Notes: a model not told the origin generated them from the letters alone. A DNA stretch of 64,000 nt from Promethearchaeota archaeon (GCA_048938005.1 JBHLMQ010000008.1:43224-107223), one strand, 5' to 3'; shown: positions 38,558 through 49,618, counted from the stretch's first letter. Translations and numbers: made by a program.

Positions 38558-39541
38558 TTAGAGAGCTTCAATTTCTCTGTAGGCCATATATAAAAAAGCA
38601 TCATTAACATTCTCGCCCGTCAAAGCTGATGTTAGAATATAATGAAGATCATATTGTTTAGCAACTTCCTTTATTTCTTCTTCACTTACAACTATCTCAT
38701 CTACTAAATCGGATTTGTTTCCAATCAATACTATCGGAATATCCCTTTCTACTGATTTTTTAATGTCATTGTACCATTTTTTTACACTTTCTAGATTATT
38801 AGGACGAGTTCTATCAATAACTATAAAAGCAGCATTTGCTCCATCGTAGAATTTTTTTCGATAAGGAGCGATTTGAGCAATCTGACCACCTATATCCCAG
38901 ATTATAAAATTTATCAGAGTTGATTCACTTATATTAACTCTCTTTTCTGAAACTTGCACTCCGAGAGTTGAAATATAATCTTTTTTGAATTCATTTTCAA
39001 CAAATCTACGTATTAATGATGTTTTCCCAACTCTATAATCTCCAGTTAAAATAACTTTATTTGTAAACTCCCCTTCTAGTCTAGGGAGTTCTCCTCCACG
39101 TGTTTTCGATAATGCTCGAATTATTTCAGGAATTTCTGGTGAAATATTTTCATTTCCATCTATAACTTGTTCTACTTTAGTTGCTATATGTTCTGAATAT
39201 ACTTTTAATTTGATATCGGTTATTGATTTGGAAGCAACCGTTGTTAAGATTGAATGAGGTCCTTGAGAAGAGATTGCAAATTTTTTATCACCTGTTGTAG
39301 TAATGTTAAAAAAATCTCCATGAGTTCCAAATTCTGTCTCAATTCTATCTATATAATTATCTAACATAGCCGATATCGCACCTATAATTACATCTGACTC
39401 CTCTTCTTCCTTTTCTCTAAATTCTGAATCAATAATAAAGCCATCCCTATCGCAAATTGTCACAGCAATAATGCCTTCGATATCACTCATATAATTTTTT
39501 AAAATTTCTTTCAATAGCATTAAATTTGGACGTTTTTCCAT
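38558..39541 (-). CDS. Roadblock-domain + Rab-like small GTPase fusion
   Basis: 'ICDRDGFII' roadblock; GDYRVGKTS, YISTLGV, WDIGGQ, NKSD, TSAL. Confidence 0.9.
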   Translation of the reverse strand: MEKRPNLMLLKEILKNYMSDIEGIIAVTICDRDGFIIDSEFREKEEEESDVIIGAISAMLDNYIDRIETEFGTHGDFFNITTTGDKKFAISSQGPHSILTTVASKSITDIKLKVYSEHIATKVEQVIDGNENISPEIPEIIRALSKTRGGELPRLEGEFTNKVILTGDYRVGKTSLIRRFVENEFKKDYISTLGVQVSEKRVNISESTLINFIIWDIGGQIAQIAPYRKKFYDGANAAFIVIDRTRPNNLESVKKWYNDIKKSVERDIPIVLIGNKSDLVDEIVVSEEEIKEVAKQYDLHYILTSALTGENVNDAFLYMAYREIEAL

Positions 39542-39583
39542 AGCTGCTCATATAAAAAGATTAAGTTCTTAGGATTATTATAA

Positions 39584-39600
39584 CCTTAGAGAATATAAAT
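39584..39600 (-). promoter_or_regulatory. Putative TATA-containing promoter, conserved with 40828..40843
   Basis: Minus-strand ATTTATATT(C/A)TCTA(A)GG at a similar distance upstream of both roadblock-GTPase paralogs. Confidence 0.5.
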
Positions 39601-39800
39601 GTGATTATTAGAATATTATACTTACTTGAACCATATAAAACCTAATTATTATTAATTTAAGTCTTATATCTTTGTCTCATAGATTCAATGGTTCTTTTCT
39701 TATTTTTCTACCTTTGTAAAAATAAAAGATAATTTTTTTCATAGGTCTAGTCAAATATTTAACAGAAAAAGAATTCTTAAGAAGATTCGACTCATTTATG

Positions 39801-40784
39801 CTAAAGGTTCTCAATAACTCTATAGGCAATATATAAGAAAGCATCATTAACGTTCTCGCCCGTCAAAGCTGATGTAAGAATATAATGAAAATCAAATTCT
39901 TTCGCAACTTTCTTTATTTCTTCTTCACTTATAACTAATTCATCTATTAAATCAGTTTTATTTCCGACTATTACAACAGGAATATTTGTGGGTAATGATT
40001 TTTTGATATCCTTATACCATTTCTCAATGCTATATAAGTTGCCCGAGCGAGTTCTATCTATAATAATTAAAGCAGCATTTGCTCCATTGTAAAATTTTGC
40101 TCTATATGGTGCCATTTGATGAACTTGACCACCAATATCCCAAATGATAAAGTTCATTTTGGTTGTTTCACTTAACTTTACTGATTTTTTGCTGATTTGT
40201 ACTCCTAATGTAGAAATATAATCTTTTTCAAACTTATTTTCTACAAATCTTCTTATTAAAGATGTCTTTCCTACAGAATAATCACCAGTTAGAATAATTT
40301 TTTTTGAGTACTCTCCATCTAAACTTGGAAGTTGACCTCCTCGAGTCTTTGATAGTGCTTTTATAATTTCAGGGATTTTAGGCGAAACCTCTTCATTTCC
40401 ATCTAAAACTAGTTCAATTTTAGAAGCAACATGTTCTGAATAAACCTTTAATTCTATATCTGTGGTTGATTGTTCTGCTATTGTGGTTAATATTGAATTT
40501 GGTCCCATTGAGCTAAAAACAAACTTCTTGTCTCCTGTCTCTGTGATATTAAAAAAGTTATCTGTAGTACCAAACTCAGCTTTAATTCTGTCTATATATG
40601 TATCAAGTATGGCAGAAAGAGCACCAATTATCGCGTCTGATTCCTCTTCATTTTCTTGTTTTGATTCTGAAGCGATAATAAAACCATCTCTATCGCATAT
40701 GGCTACACCTAAAATACCCTCTACCTCATTAAAATAATTTTTTATGATATCTTTTAAAAGTCTAGTACTTGGAAGCTTCTCCAT
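39801..40784 (-). CDS. Roadblock-domain + Rab-like small GTPase fusion (tandem paralog)
   Basis: Same 327-aa length and motifs as 38558..39541. Confidence 0.9.
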   Translation of the reverse strand: MEKLPSTRLLKDIIKNYFNEVEGILGVAICDRDGFIIASESKQENEEESDAIIGALSAILDTYIDRIKAEFGTTDNFFNITETGDKKFVFSSMGPNSILTTIAEQSTTDIELKVYSEHVASKIELVLDGNEEVSPKIPEIIKALSKTRGGQLPSLDGEYSKKIILTGDYSVGKTSLIRRFVENKFEKDYISTLGVQISKKSVKLSETTKMNFIIWDIGGQVHQMAPYRAKFYNGANAALIIIDRTRSGNLYSIEKWYKDIKKSLPTNIPVVIVGNKTDLIDELVISEEEIKKVAKEFDFHYILTSALTGENVNDAFLYIAYRVIENL

Positions 40785-40932
40785 TGGTATTCCATCTTTA
40801 AATTTAATATATTAAGAATATAATATCCCTAGATAATATAAATATAGGTATTTAGATAACATTATAATCATATTTCCGAAGATATCACCATACCATATTA
40901 TTTTTTATTTTATTTCTTGCCATTTTTTATAT

Positions 40933-41100
40933 ATGATAGAGACTTCATCATCTGACCAAGATATTTTAAAATACGAGGAAAATATTGCTAAAATCTTAGA
41001 TAGAGCAGTTAAACTCTTTAGAAGGACAAATTTAACCGAATTAGCTGATAAATGGGACAGGATATTAAAAACCTACGATTCAAAAAAAAGAAGTCAATAA
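40933..41100 (+). CDS. Small hypothetical protein (55 aa), not in the ORF track
   Basis: ATG..TAA: MIETSSSDQDILKYEENIAKILDRAVKLFRRTNLTELADKWDRILKTYDSKKRSQ; amphipathic-helix-like composition. Confidence 0.45.
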   Translation: MIETSSSDQDILKYEENIAKILDRAVKLFRRTNLTELADKWDRILKTYDSKKRSQ

Positions 41101-41120
41101 AGAAAGCAAGTAAGATTTAG

Positions 41121-43031
41121 TTAATTTAGAGTTTTCAAATAATTCATAATATGTTTTCGATCCTTATCTGAGATTCGATATAAATCAAAAACTAAAGTAT
41201 CAATTTTTTTCTGAAGATTTTCCATTTCATCAATGTTTTTTAAAATTTTTTTTACAAGTTCTCCTATTTTTTTTGCTTTCTCCTTTTCTTTATCAGTATT
41301 AGGGATTTTTATCGGAAAATCTTTTATTTTTTCAATTAAAATTCTTGGAAATAATTTTTTATATGAACCAAATGATTTTATGAAATAATAAGACAATAGA
41401 TCAGAATTCAAAATTCCTAGGAAATAAAAATTATTAAATTCGGGGATATAAGATTTTTCAATTTTTAAATTATAAAAAGATTGAGATGTCAATGATAAAT
41501 TCTTATCATAAGTGGCACATATTCTGTTATTTTGGCTTATTTGCCTTATAATTATTCGATCTTCATAATAACTTAAATCTTTATAAACTATTCCGATTTT
41601 TGATGTGTCAATATATTTATATTGAGTTTTATCATAACGGTTAATTGAATATAAATACAATTTATAATTCTCTTTTATCGCATCATCAGGAAGCGTGTCA
41701 TAAATAATTTTTTCAATATTTTGTTTATTTAAAAGAGAATTACAATCATGACATTCTAATATTTTTTTAGGAACTGGTGTATATTTCTTACAAGTTTCAC
41801 AGAATATTATCTCTCCAGTTTTAGTTAACTCAACTCCTCGACTTAATACAAATTTAAATTCATTTCTTTCATTTAAATCCTTTAATTTTGGAAAATTAGT
41901 TTTTAAATGTTCAATAAGCGATATATCAGTTTTATTCAAATAAATTAAGAACTTATAGTCCCATTTTTCTATAACTTCTTGTGGAATTATCTTCTCCGGA
42001 ATATTTAATACTTTTAATTTAATCTGGTTCTTTTTTCTTTCTAATATGTTTTCTTCCTTTTGCAAAATTAAAATAATATTTGAAACAATAGGATCATTGA
42101 ATTTTGGACCTGTATGATAGATCTCCTTGATTTTTGTGGTATTATATATAAATTTTCTGATAATTGAACGATATGATAAAGCTAAAAGCGAATCTGGAAC
42201 AATGTATCCAAACATCCCCCGATTTTTTAAAATACTTATTCCAAGTTCTATAAATATCTGATAGTAATCATACTGACCACAATTAGTTTCAAAATTACTA
42301 TTATCAATTAATTTTCTCTGGTCAATTGGAATATCTCTAATAAATAAATAGGGTGGATTCCCTACAACATAATCATATGTTTCTTTATTATTGATTGTTA
42401 ATGCATTAAAATTTTTTATATTAAACTGTGGTAAATGATAATTAGGCTCAGACTCTCTAATGATTCTAAAAATGTCAAATAGCACAAAATATATATTGAT
42501 CTGACATAAAATACAGGCAATCCAATTAATATCTATCCCCCAAATATTATTTTTAACCCTTGATATTATTGCTTTAGCTTCTTCAACCGTTAATTCAGAA
42601 ATCTTTTTTCGTTTATAAATTTCAAGGCATCGGTTAATCAAAATCATTACTATCTGGATAATAAAACTTCCAGAACCACAGCTAATATCAATTATTTTTT
42701 TAGCTTCAATCTTATTTAGATAATTATAGCCTACAGCATTTAAAATATAATTAACTACTGAAGCAGGAGTATAGAATTCACCTAACTTCTTTTTCTCTTT
42801 ATGGTTTCGAGTTTTTTCATATAAAGCACTAAAAATGTCAAATCTTTGATTACTTAAGTCAAAAAACACTCGATTTTTTTTTCTTTCTTTGACAATATTT
42901 AGTCCACTAAAACTTTCGATAATTCTATTAAGAAAGACTTCATCCTTAGGAATAATGAAGTTATTTTTATAATATTCTTTTAATTTTCTAAATATTTTTT
43001 CTTTTTTCAGGTATTCAATGAAATCCTGCAT
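41121..43031 (-). CDS. N6-adenine DNA methyltransferase (gamma class, TaqI/Eco57I-like) with C-terminal target recognition domain
   Basis: 'LGEFYTP', 'IDISCGSGSF', 'VVGNPPY', 'FLGILNS'. Confidence 0.9.
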   Translation of the reverse strand: MQDFIEYLKKEKIFRKLKEYYKNNFIIPKDEVFLNRIIESFSGLNIVKERKKNRVFFDLSNQRFDIFSALYEKTRNHKEKKKLGEFYTPASVVNYILNAVGYNYLNKIEAKKIIDISCGSGSFIIQIVMILINRCLEIYKRKKISELTVEEAKAIISRVKNNIWGIDINWIACILCQINIYFVLFDIFRIIRESEPNYHLPQFNIKNFNALTINNKETYDYVVGNPPYLFIRDIPIDQRKLIDNSNFETNCGQYDYYQIFIELGISILKNRGMFGYIVPDSLLALSYRSIIRKFIYNTTKIKEIYHTGPKFNDPIVSNIILILQKEENILERKKNQIKLKVLNIPEKIIPQEVIEKWDYKFLIYLNKTDISLIEHLKTNFPKLKDLNERNEFKFVLSRGVELTKTGEIIFCETCKKYTPVPKKILECHDCNSLLNKQNIEKIIYDTLPDDAIKENYKLYLYSINRYDKTQYKYIDTSKIGIVYKDLSYYEDRIIIRQISQNNRICATYDKNLSLTSQSFYNLKIEKSYIPEFNNFYFLGILNSDLLSYYFIKSFGSYKKLFPRILIEKIKDFPIKIPNTDKEKEKAKKIGELVKKILKNIDEMENLQKKIDTLVFDLYRISDKDRKHIMNYLKTLN

Positions 43032-43247
43032 TTATATGAGAAACTCAATCTGGTTTCTTTAAAAATTAATCATAAGAATATTTCTTTTTTTTTATTTGTA
43101 ATTTAATAGTAGCAAATAAATTCAGAATTTGCTTAATAAAATTGAGGAAAAGAGAAATTAAGAAATGAAGTACTAAAAAAATAACAAATTTAAATAATAT
43201 TAACCTATATGTTTTTTGTTAGAGTTAAAGAAATTCATGAATGAATT

Positions 43248-44348
43248 ATGATAATAAATATATTTCTGATCATAGCTTCAATAATAATTTCTACGATAGG
43301 GATTCTTTATGTTTATTTCAATCGCCATAATTTCGGCAATAAACTAACTATATTTATAAACATTTTCTTATATTTATTTCTGGGCATTTTCTTTTTCACC
43401 TCCTTTTCTTTATCCACAGAAACTTATTTTCCAGAGGAAATTGTATTAAATTTTTGGGTTATATCAATCATCTTCTGGATCTTTTCAGTAACTATGTTAA
43501 GTGTAATTCAAAAATTTATTATTAAATTTGAAGAAAAAGCAATTATACCTTTCATTTTTTATTCACTTGTAATAGGCATAATATTAGGTTTAACATTTCT
43601 AGCTAATTCTTTTACAATTAAATCAAATAGTGGTAACTATAGATTTATTTTCCAGAATTTAATACTATTGGTTTTCCTATTAAGCTACAATTTTCTTATA
43701 ATGGGAGTAATGTGCTATAATCTCATTAAATATTACTCTAGAATCCGTGACAAAAGAGCTGGAAAAATGTTAAGTATTCTTACATCTCAATTTTGTATTA
43801 TAATTTCTTTATATTCAGTGTATATTCTTACTCAAAATATCCTATTCAGATATCTTTATGTAGCTTTTTATTTGATAGGTTCGTGTTTTGCAACCTATTC
43901 TATAATTAAAACGCCTTTTTTATATATTGAACTAACTAACAGAATTTATGACTTCATTATCTTCCATAGAAGTGGTATTCTTTTGTATTCATATAATTTT
44001 GAAACTGGAGAAGATACTGATGAATCTCTCTTAAAAGGTTCAATACTAATAGGTATTAACCATATTCTTTCAAATTTTATTGATAAAAAAGATCAATTAG
44101 GTCTTATTAAAATGCATAATAGAGACATTATACTTGAATATGATAATAATCATGGCTATGCACTTTTGTTGACAGCTAATCATAAAAATACTTATATAGA
44201 TAAAGCAGTCAACAATTTTATGAACAAATTTACTTCATTAAATAAAGAGAAATTGAAAAACCTACATGGATTAGTTGATGTATCAGAATTTAGAAATGCA
44301 AAAGATATAATTATGGAATTTTTCGAGCCTTTTGTTATAAAGAATTAA
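43248..44348 (+). CDS. ~7-TM membrane protein with C-terminal longin-like domain
   Basis: About seven hydrophobic segments, then 'IIFHRSGILLYSY...LKGSILIGINHIL'. Confidence 0.7.
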   Translation: MIINIFLIIASIIISTIGILYVYFNRHNFGNKLTIFINIFLYLFLGIFFFTSFSLSTETYFPEEIVLNFWVISIIFWIFSVTMLSVIQKFIIKFEEKAIIPFIFYSLVIGIILGLTFLANSFTIKSNSGNYRFIFQNLILLVFLLSYNFLIMGVMCYNLIKYYSRIRDKRAGKMLSILTSQFCIIISLYSVYILTQNILFRYLYVAFYLIGSCFATYSIIKTPFLYIELTNRIYDFIIFHRSGILLYSYNFETGEDTDESLLKGSILIGINHILSNFIDKKDQLGLIKMHNRDIILEYDNNHGYALLLTANHKNTYIDKAVNNFMNKFTSLNKEKLKNLHGLVDVSEFRNAKDIIMEFFEPFVIKN

Positions 44349-44554
44349 AGAAACCATAAAAATAGGCTTATAAAAAAAAAATAACTAGTGTATCTGAATT
44401 TTTCTCATTATTTTAGAATTTATCAATAATAAAATAAAATTATATTTATGATATGTTTTATAATCATTAACAAATTTGTATTTAATTTGTTACTTGTAGA
44501 AATCACATATCTGTATAAAATATTGATAATGGTTATTTTTGGTTAAAAAATTAA

Positions 44555-45700
44555 ATGATGTACATGGTATTTTTAATAATTCTAATAATAGGATACATAT
44601 TCCTCTTATGTGTTGGAACATATACACTAGTGTATATCTATAATCATCATGAAAATTTCGGGATTAAATTCACAGCAATTTTAAATTTTTTAACGATTTT
44701 CAGTGCTATTATGATATATTCTACTCTTTTTATGTTTTCTGTTTCATTCTTTTTTTCTGAAAACGTTAATATTTCTTTATGGAAACTTTCTCTTATTTTT
44801 GGTTTTATTTCTTTAATGTTAACGTCATTGAGTTATGCATTTTTAAAAGAATTCAAAAAGATACCATATTTTCCCTTTTTGTATTTTACAATACTTTTTG
44901 GATTACTAATCGGTTCTTTTTTTTCACCAAATTCGGTTCAAGTATATATAAATTCATTACTTTCTCCCCCTTTTTTAATTACAGATATTTCAATAATAAA
45001 TTACAAATTTAATTTCATGACTGGATTGATAATAAGTATATTTCAATATTCTTTAGTAATTTACTATTTCTTTCTTTCCCGCATGATATCTAATAGAGCA
45101 AGAAATAAAGAGATTGTTAGAGGTTTGTTTATAAACACTATTATCTTTGCTATTCCAATCTCAATGTACATTTTATATATTATATTTCAATTACCGATTT
45201 TTAGAGAATTACATATCCTTTCTCTATGGATAAATATTCTAGGGATATGTTATATTATAGTAAAAAAACCCGAGATGTTTTTAGAGTTGACCAATAAAAT
45301 TTATTATATTAATATTTATCATAAATCAGGAATATTATTGTATTCCTACAAGTTTAGAACTCCTAAAAATGAAATTAATTCAACTATATGGGGAAATATC
45401 CTTATAGGAATTAATCACATTCTTTCTGAATTTGTTGATCCAAAAGACCAAATAGAAGTACTTCAAACAGACAATTCGGATATTATTGTAAATTATGATG
45501 AGTTCGGATTCGCTGTTGTTTTGATAACTAATCGTAAAAATGCTATCTTGAAAAAACTAATGGAAAATTTCGCTAAAGAATTTAAAAATAAATACAAAAA
45601 CGAATTAATCGAGATCCAAGATCTTAATAAATTAATTAACGTTTCTGAATTCAAAGAGACAAAAGATATTATTGAAAAAAATTTTCAAATGTACTTATGA
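44555..45700 (+). CDS. ~7-TM membrane protein with C-terminal longin-like domain (paralog)
   Basis: Same layout; shares 'ELTN.IY...H.SGILLYSY.F' and 'ILIGINHILS.F.D.KDQ' with the upstream gene. Confidence 0.7.
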   Translation: MMYMVFLIILIIGYIFLLCVGTYTLVYIYNHHENFGIKFTAILNFLTIFSAIMIYSTLFMFSVSFFFSENVNISLWKLSLIFGFISLMLTSLSYAFLKEFKKIPYFPFLYFTILFGLLIGSFFSPNSVQVYINSLLSPPFLITDISIINYKFNFMTGLIISIFQYSLVIYYFFLSRMISNRARNKEIVRGLFINTIIFAIPISMYILYIIFQLPIFRELHILSLWINILGICYIIVKKPEMFLELTNKIYYINIYHKSGILLYSYKFRTPKNEINSTIWGNILIGINHILSEFVDPKDQIEVLQTDNSDIIVNYDEFGFAVVLITNRKNAILKKLMENFAKEFKNKYKNELIEIQDLNKLINVSEFKETKDIIEKNFQMYL

Positions 45701-45809
45701 TAATATAATCATTCGAAAATTGGACCACTAAAATCTTTAATAAATTATAAATCTAAACCTTATTAGAAAAAAAAAACTAATAATCTCAAAAAAATGGTGC
45801 TACATAAAG

Positions 45810-46409
45810 TTGTCTTTAAAATTCTGTCCTAAATGTGGAAATGAACTAAAACCAAATTCAATGTTTTGTGGTTCATGTGGCGCAGACTTAAGTATAAGAA
45901 AGGATAAATCCAATGTAAATATCTCTACAATAACAGAAATCCCCCCTAAACCACAAATAACACCAGAAACAGTACAATATGCTGATTTTTGGATCAGACT
46001 ACTTGCTCTTATTATTGATAGCATTATAATTGGCATAATAGGGTCATTAGTTTCATTGGTATTGTTTATTTGGTGGATATCATTTAATCCTTTATTCTTT
46101 TGGGAAAGAGAGTGGTGGACAATTAGCTTTCCCTTCGATTGGTTGCTCGGATTTATATATTACTGGCTTTTAGAGGCATATAATGATGGTCAAACTTTAG
46201 GGAAAAAGGCGCTAAAAATTAGAACTGTAGATGAAAAAACTTTAGGGCTTGCATCTTCTAGTAATTATGCTATAAATAATATTTTCAAGAGTTCCCCTTT
46301 TCTAATATTAGATCTTCTTATTGGAATACTTAAATATTCTGGAGATCCTAAGTATAGGTTTAGGATAATGCAGCATGTCTCTGAAACAGTTGTAATTAAA
46401 TCAGGATAA
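45810..46409 (+). CDS. Zinc-ribbon + RDD family membrane protein
   Basis: 'FCPKCG...FCGSCG', 'YADFWIRLLALIID', 'GQTLGK'. Confidence 0.85.
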   Translation: MSLKFCPKCGNELKPNSMFCGSCGADLSIRKDKSNVNISTITEIPPKPQITPETVQYADFWIRLLALIIDSIIIGIIGSLVSLVLFIWWISFNPLFFWEREWWTISFPFDWLLGFIYYWLLEAYNDGQTLGKKALKIRTVDEKTLGLASSSNYAINNIFKSSPFLILDLLIGILKYSGDPKYRFRIMQHVSETVVIKSG

Positions 46410-46540
46410 AATTCTTTTAAAATCTTAAACAATTTATTTTTTTTCATTTTTTTCTACAAAATTAGTTAGAAATTCACTAGCATCTAAATATTTATAAAGC
46501 CAAGTTTATATGAATATCCTCAGAAAATATATTTTCATAA

Positions 46541-46753
46541 ATGGATGTTATAATGGAATTAGTCCAAGATGAAGAATGGGCAAACGATTGGAAAGTAATT
46601 GTGGGAATTTTTGAAACTATTGATTACTTAAATTCATTATTTAAGAAGATTGATGTTCCATATTTAAGGGAAATACAACAAAAAATGTTAATTCTTAACT
46701 TAGAGAAATATGCCTGGTCATTGCAGAATTACATTATTGAGAAATATTCATAA
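46541..46753 (+). CDS. Small hypothetical protein (70 aa)
   Basis: Isolated ORF with protein-like composition. Confidence 0.6.
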   Translation: MDVIMELVQDEEWANDWKVIVGIFETIDYLNSLFKKIDVPYLREIQQKMLILNLEKYAWSLQNYIIEKYS

Positions 46754-46921
46754 AAAATAGGTTTTTCAAATATATATTTCCACACTAATCTATAGAGAAT
46801 TCTATATATTTTCGATCACTTCACCTAAAAATAAAAATTAATCTTTATTAAAACTTAGATTGAGTTATTATCTAAAATAATATATTTGTAAGTAATTGTT
46901 AGATTAAGGTGTTTTTTTATT

Positions 46922-48292
46922 ATGAGTGAAGAACAACAATTTAGTCGAGGTCAAAAATGGAGTTTTGGAATGGGAAACTTTGCTCAATGGTTTATCAACA
47001 GTGCTTTTAATATCTGGGTTTTTACATTTTATTTTGCGGCTGTAAAACTCCCTATTGGATATTATATACTAGCTGCTGTAATTTGGACACTTTGGAATGC
47101 ATTTAATGACCCATTAATAGGATATCTTTCAGATCGCACTCATACTCGATGGGGGCGTAGAAAACCATATATTATGCTTGGAACAATTCCAATTATCATA
47201 TTAGAAATCATAATTTGGATACCTCCAACTGGAAATGATGTTATAACTTTCATATACCTGCTTATTATGTTATTCTGTTATGATACTTTCTATACTATGG
47301 TATCTTTGCCTTTTGATGCACTTTTTCCGGAACTTTATACAACAGTTAAAGACAGAGCAGAAGTAAATACTATAAAACAAATTCTGGCAGTGATTGGATT
47401 AATATTGGCTGCTATAGTTCCTGGTATTTTTATTAGTGATATTGAAACATTAGATGGTTATTTATTGAATGGTATTATAACATCGATAATTGTAGGCGAA
47501 TCTTTAGTAATAGCATTAATGTTTGGTGCTGTTGAGCGTAAAGAATTTAAACTTGATTATAAACACGGGCTGGGTTTCTTTCAAAGTTTAAAATATACGT
47601 TGAAGAATAAAGCCTTTGTATTGTATACAGCAATGTTCTTTCTATATGAATATATCTTACTTCTCCTTGGAACTGTTGTTCAAATTTTCGGTAGGAATGT
47701 GTTAAATAGTACTCCATTTGAAACTTCATTAATAATGGGCATAATGTATGTTGTAGGTGTAGTTTCTGTGGTTGTATGGAGATGGCTTGATTTAAAATTG
47801 GGGAGTAAACGAGCGTATGCTGTATCGATAGTTGCATATCTTATAGGATCTTTTCCACTGCTATTCATTGATTCATACCTCACTACTCTAATAGTAGCTG
47901 TATTTATGGGATTTGGATTTGGAGGCATGTTATACTTCATTTATCTACTTATTGCTGATGTTATTGATGAGGATGAGTTAAAAACAGGTGTAAGACGTGA
48001 GGGTGCATTTTTTGGTGTTACAAACTTCTTTATGAGGCTGGCAATGATACTTTCTATTATAACTGTTGGCGTGATGTTCACGCAAATTTCATGGGAGGTT
48101 TATGCCCCTATAGGTATACTTGCAGAAAAAGTAGTTCTTAGGATACTCATGTACGTATTTCCTGCTATAGCATTAGTGATTACTTTAATATGTCTTTATT
48201 TCTATCCATTTACAAAATCCAAAGTTGAAGAAATGAAAGTAAAATTAATAGAATTACATAAAGAAAAAGGAGAGAAAGTCAAAACAACCTAA
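46922..48292 (+). CDS. MFS transporter, GPH (MelB-like) family
   Basis: 'WNAFNDPLIGYLSDRTHTRWGRRKPY', 'ADVIDEDELKTGVRREG'. Confidence 0.92.
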   Translation: MSEEQQFSRGQKWSFGMGNFAQWFINSAFNIWVFTFYFAAVKLPIGYYILAAVIWTLWNAFNDPLIGYLSDRTHTRWGRRKPYIMLGTIPIIILEIIIWIPPTGNDVITFIYLLIMLFCYDTFYTMVSLPFDALFPELYTTVKDRAEVNTIKQILAVIGLILAAIVPGIFISDIETLDGYLLNGIITSIIVGESLVIALMFGAVERKEFKLDYKHGLGFFQSLKYTLKNKAFVLYTAMFFLYEYILLLLGTVVQIFGRNVLNSTPFETSLIMGIMYVVGVVSVVVWRWLDLKLGSKRAYAVSIVAYLIGSFPLLFIDSYLTTLIVAVFMGFGFGGMLYFIYLLIADVIDEDELKTGVRREGAFFGVTNFFMRLAMILSIITVGVMFTQISWEVYAPIGILAEKVVLRILMYVFPAIALVITLICLYFYPFTKSKVEEMKVKLIELHKEKGEKVKTT

Positions 48293-48340
48293 GATTTTTT
48301 ATATAAGAAATTTTTTCAAACTTTTTTTTTATCTAAATCT

Positions 48341-49618
48341 CTATATTTGCTTCAATGCTTGATCTAAATCTGTTATTAAATCTTCAGGATCTTCCAAACC
48401 TACTGAAAATCTAAAGTGTGTATTTGAAATATTCATAGATTTAAGTTCCCATGAAGCTAGGTCAAATCCTGTCATTACAGAAGTATATTCTATAAGAGAT
48501 GTTAGATCTCCTAATGATACACCGACTTTAATTATTTTCAAGAGTTCGATGAATTTATTGCATTCCTCTACAGTTTTTAGCTCAAAACCCATCATTCCCC
48601 CAAAATCTTTCATTTGTTTTTTCGCTATTTCATAACCAGGGTGAGATCTTAGACCAGGATAAATAACGTTAACAACCTTAGGGTGATCCCTCAAGAATTT
48701 TGCTAATTTAACCGCATTTAATGAATGACGAGACATTCGCAAGCTAAGTGTTCTAATCCCTCGTAAAATTAACCAAGCATTAAATGGGCTAAGAACTTGA
48801 CCCTGTGTTTCCTGCCAAAAATAACGAATATTTTGAATCTCATTTTTCGGACCTATTATAGCACCCCCAAGGCAATCACCATGCCCATTAATATATTTAG
48901 TAAGACTTTCAACTACAAGATCCGCCCCTAATTCGAGTGGGCGTTGGAGTGCTGGAGATGCTAAAGTGTTATCTACAATACACTTACCACCAACTTCATG
49001 AATCAAATCAGCACATGCTTTTATATCGATTATATCTATAGTAGGATTCGCCGGCGATTCGAAAAAAATCAATTTAGTATTATTATCAATCTCTTTTTTT
49101 ACTTCAGAGATATTGCAGAGATTTACTCTTTTAAACTCGATTCCCATTTGAGGATAGATTTTAGTGAGAAGTCTATAAATACCTGTATACTGATTAATGT
49201 GGATTATTATATTGGGGACATCTTCTGGTTTGGATTGTGGTAATAATTTTTTTATTTTATCAGGTCGGACACGTTCAATACGCTGTTGTAAAACACTTGA
49301 ACATGCAAGATGAACGGCACCCATACCTGAAGCAACTGAAATTGCACTTTCACCTCTATGCAATGTAGCTAATTTATTATCTAAAGCATAAAGTGTTGGA
49401 TTTTCTGTCCGGGAATAATAATAATGATTTTTTGATAGTTCACTTAAAGAAGAGTAAGTATAAGATTTTGCTGCATATATAGGTGTTCGTAAACTATGTG
49501 ATGTTTCAGGATAAGGGTCCTCACCAGCACGAATTAATTGTGTATCAAACTTAAGCTTATCCCATTTGTCTCGATTTTCTTTAATTGATTCTTGAAATGT
49601 TTTTTTCATTTCTGACAT
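48341..49618 (-). CDS. Cys/Met metabolism PLP enzyme (methionine gamma-lyase / cystathionine gamma-synthase family)
   Basis: 'YSRTENPT', 'SGMGA', 'ESPANP', 'VDNT', 'SLTKYINGHGD', 'SLG'. Confidence 0.9.
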   Translation of the reverse strand: MSEMKKTFQESIKENRDKWDKLKFDTQLIRAGEDPYPETSHSLRTPIYAAKSYTYSSLSELSKNHYYYSRTENPTLYALDNKLATLHRGESAISVASGMGAVHLACSSVLQQRIERVRPDKIKKLLPQSKPEDVPNIIIHINQYTGIYRLLTKIYPQMGIEFKRVNLCNISEVKKEIDNNTKLIFFESPANPTIDIIDIKACADLIHEVGGKCIVDNTLASPALQRPLELGADLVVESLTKYINGHGDCLGGAIIGPKNEIQNIRYFWQETQGQVLSPFNAWLILRGIRTLSLRMSRHSLNAVKLAKFLRDHPKVVNVIYPGLRSHPGYEIAKKQMKDFGGMMGFELKTVEECNKFIELLKIIKVGVSLGDLTSLIEYTSVMTGFDLASWELKSMNISNTHFRFSVGLEDPEDLITDLDQALKQI

